64,000 nucleotides of DNA from Anaerolineae bacterium (GTDB taxonomy: Bacteria > Chloroflexota > Anaerolineae > Promineifilales > Promineifilaceae). How positions within the stretch are numbered: position 1 is the first letter of the stretch; each line of letters starts with the position of its first letter. Shown here piece after piece: positions 63,554 through 64,000 of the stretch. The position numbers and the translations under genes were made by a program. The stretch lies in the NCBI GenBank assembly GCA_020848035.1, contig JADLAX010000026.1:256180-320179 (forward strand). Direction: 5' to 3'. The notes beneath the pieces were generated by a model. The model saw only the letters and a program-made list of their open reading frames with translations, was not told the origin of the DNA and made no database searches.

Positions 63554-64000
63554 ATGCTAGAAAAACTGCGCCAAATCGTCTGCGAACTGCATGCCGAACT
63601 GCCCCACAACAACCTGGTCGCCTGGACCAGCGGCAACATCAGCGCCCGCGACCCGGATTCCAACCTGGTGGTGATCAAACCCAGCGGCATTAAATTCCCG
63701 GACCTGCGGCCAGAAAACATGGTGGTGGTCAACATTGATGGCCAAATCGTGGAAGGCAGCTACAAAGCCTCTTCCGACACAGCCTCACACTGCTACATTT
63801 ACCGCCACATGCCCAACGTGAACGGCATCGTGCATACCCACTCACGCTTTGCCACGGCATTTGCCACACACGGCCGTTCCATTCCCTGCATCACCACCGC
63901 CATGGGCGACGAATTTGGCGGCGACATTCCCTGCGGCGGTTTTGCCCTGATTGGCGGCCAGGAAATTGGCCAGATTGTGGTGGAGACCCTGCAAGGCAGC
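63554..64000 (+). CDS. araD: L-ribulose-5-phosphate 4-epimerase, 3' end outside the window
   Basis: Not in the track (open to the window end). My translation: MLEKLRQIVCELHAELPHNNLVAWTSGNISARDPDSNLVVIKPSGIKF..SSDTASHCYIYRHMPNVNGIVHTHSRFATAFA.. Confidence 0.85.
   Translation, partial: MLEKLRQIVCELHAELPHNNLVAWTSGNISARDPDSNLVVIKPSGIKFPDLRPENMVVVNIDGQIVEGSYKASSDTASHCYIYRHMPNVNGIVHTHSRFATAFATHGRSIPCITTAMGDEFGGDIPCGGFALIGGQEIGQIVVETLQGS

Noticed and set aside
1-64000. tRNA, rRNA, transposase, integrase or prophage genes that might explain the AT-richer, HIP-poor segments
   Set aside because: I saw no T-loop-like GGTTCGAATCC motif or cloverleaf candidates. I found no rRNA-like stretches and no ORF with DDE, tyrosine-recombinase or serine-recombinase signatures. 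The islands therefore have no visible mobility genes.

Overview
This is a G+C-rich bacterial chromosomal segment. Lines I tallied by hand in typical genes are about 60-67% G+C. I call about 57 protein-coding genes on both strands. I found no rRNA, tRNA, CRISPR array, transposase or integrase.

Gene content:
- Secreted or carbohydrate-active proteins: a CSLREA beta-helix protein, a GH5, a GH13+CBM20 amylase, a GT39-like/GH pair, and a 1219-aa PD40/DUF11 protein.
- Two STAND-type NTPase regulators, and many small regulators (MarR, ArsR x2, PadR, LacI).
- An ECF transporter module (S-T-A-A').
- gabD, a fused E1 plus E2 2-oxoacid dehydrogenase pair, and modAB.
- A ChvE/GguAB-like sugar ABC transporter with an FGGY kinase and araD.
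- Three toxin-antitoxin-like pairs.

The most unusual signals are not ordinary genes:
1. The 8-bp palindrome ACGGCCGT, often extended to AACGGCCGTT, occurs about 105 times by my manual scan, where about 1-3 copies would be expected. This is a HIP1-like highly iterated palindrome. In coding DNA it is mostly read as Thr-Ala-Val.
2. Several families of 7- and 8-nt tandem repeats resemble cyanobacterial STRR sequences. They form long, perfect hairpins at gene ends. They also sit in frame inside coding sequences (the E2 linker, GT39 loops) and supply gene termini.
3. A DCC-family thiol-disulfide oxidoreductase has an in-frame TGA exactly at the second Cys of its CxxC motif, with a hairpin just downstream. 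It is a candidate selenoprotein.
4. AT-richer segments lack the palindrome, including a sharp composition break inside one 1219-codon ORF.

The taxon cannot be determined from the sequence alone. The repeat style is reminiscent of Chloroflexota or cyanobacteria (low confidence). All counts are manual and need computational confirmation.
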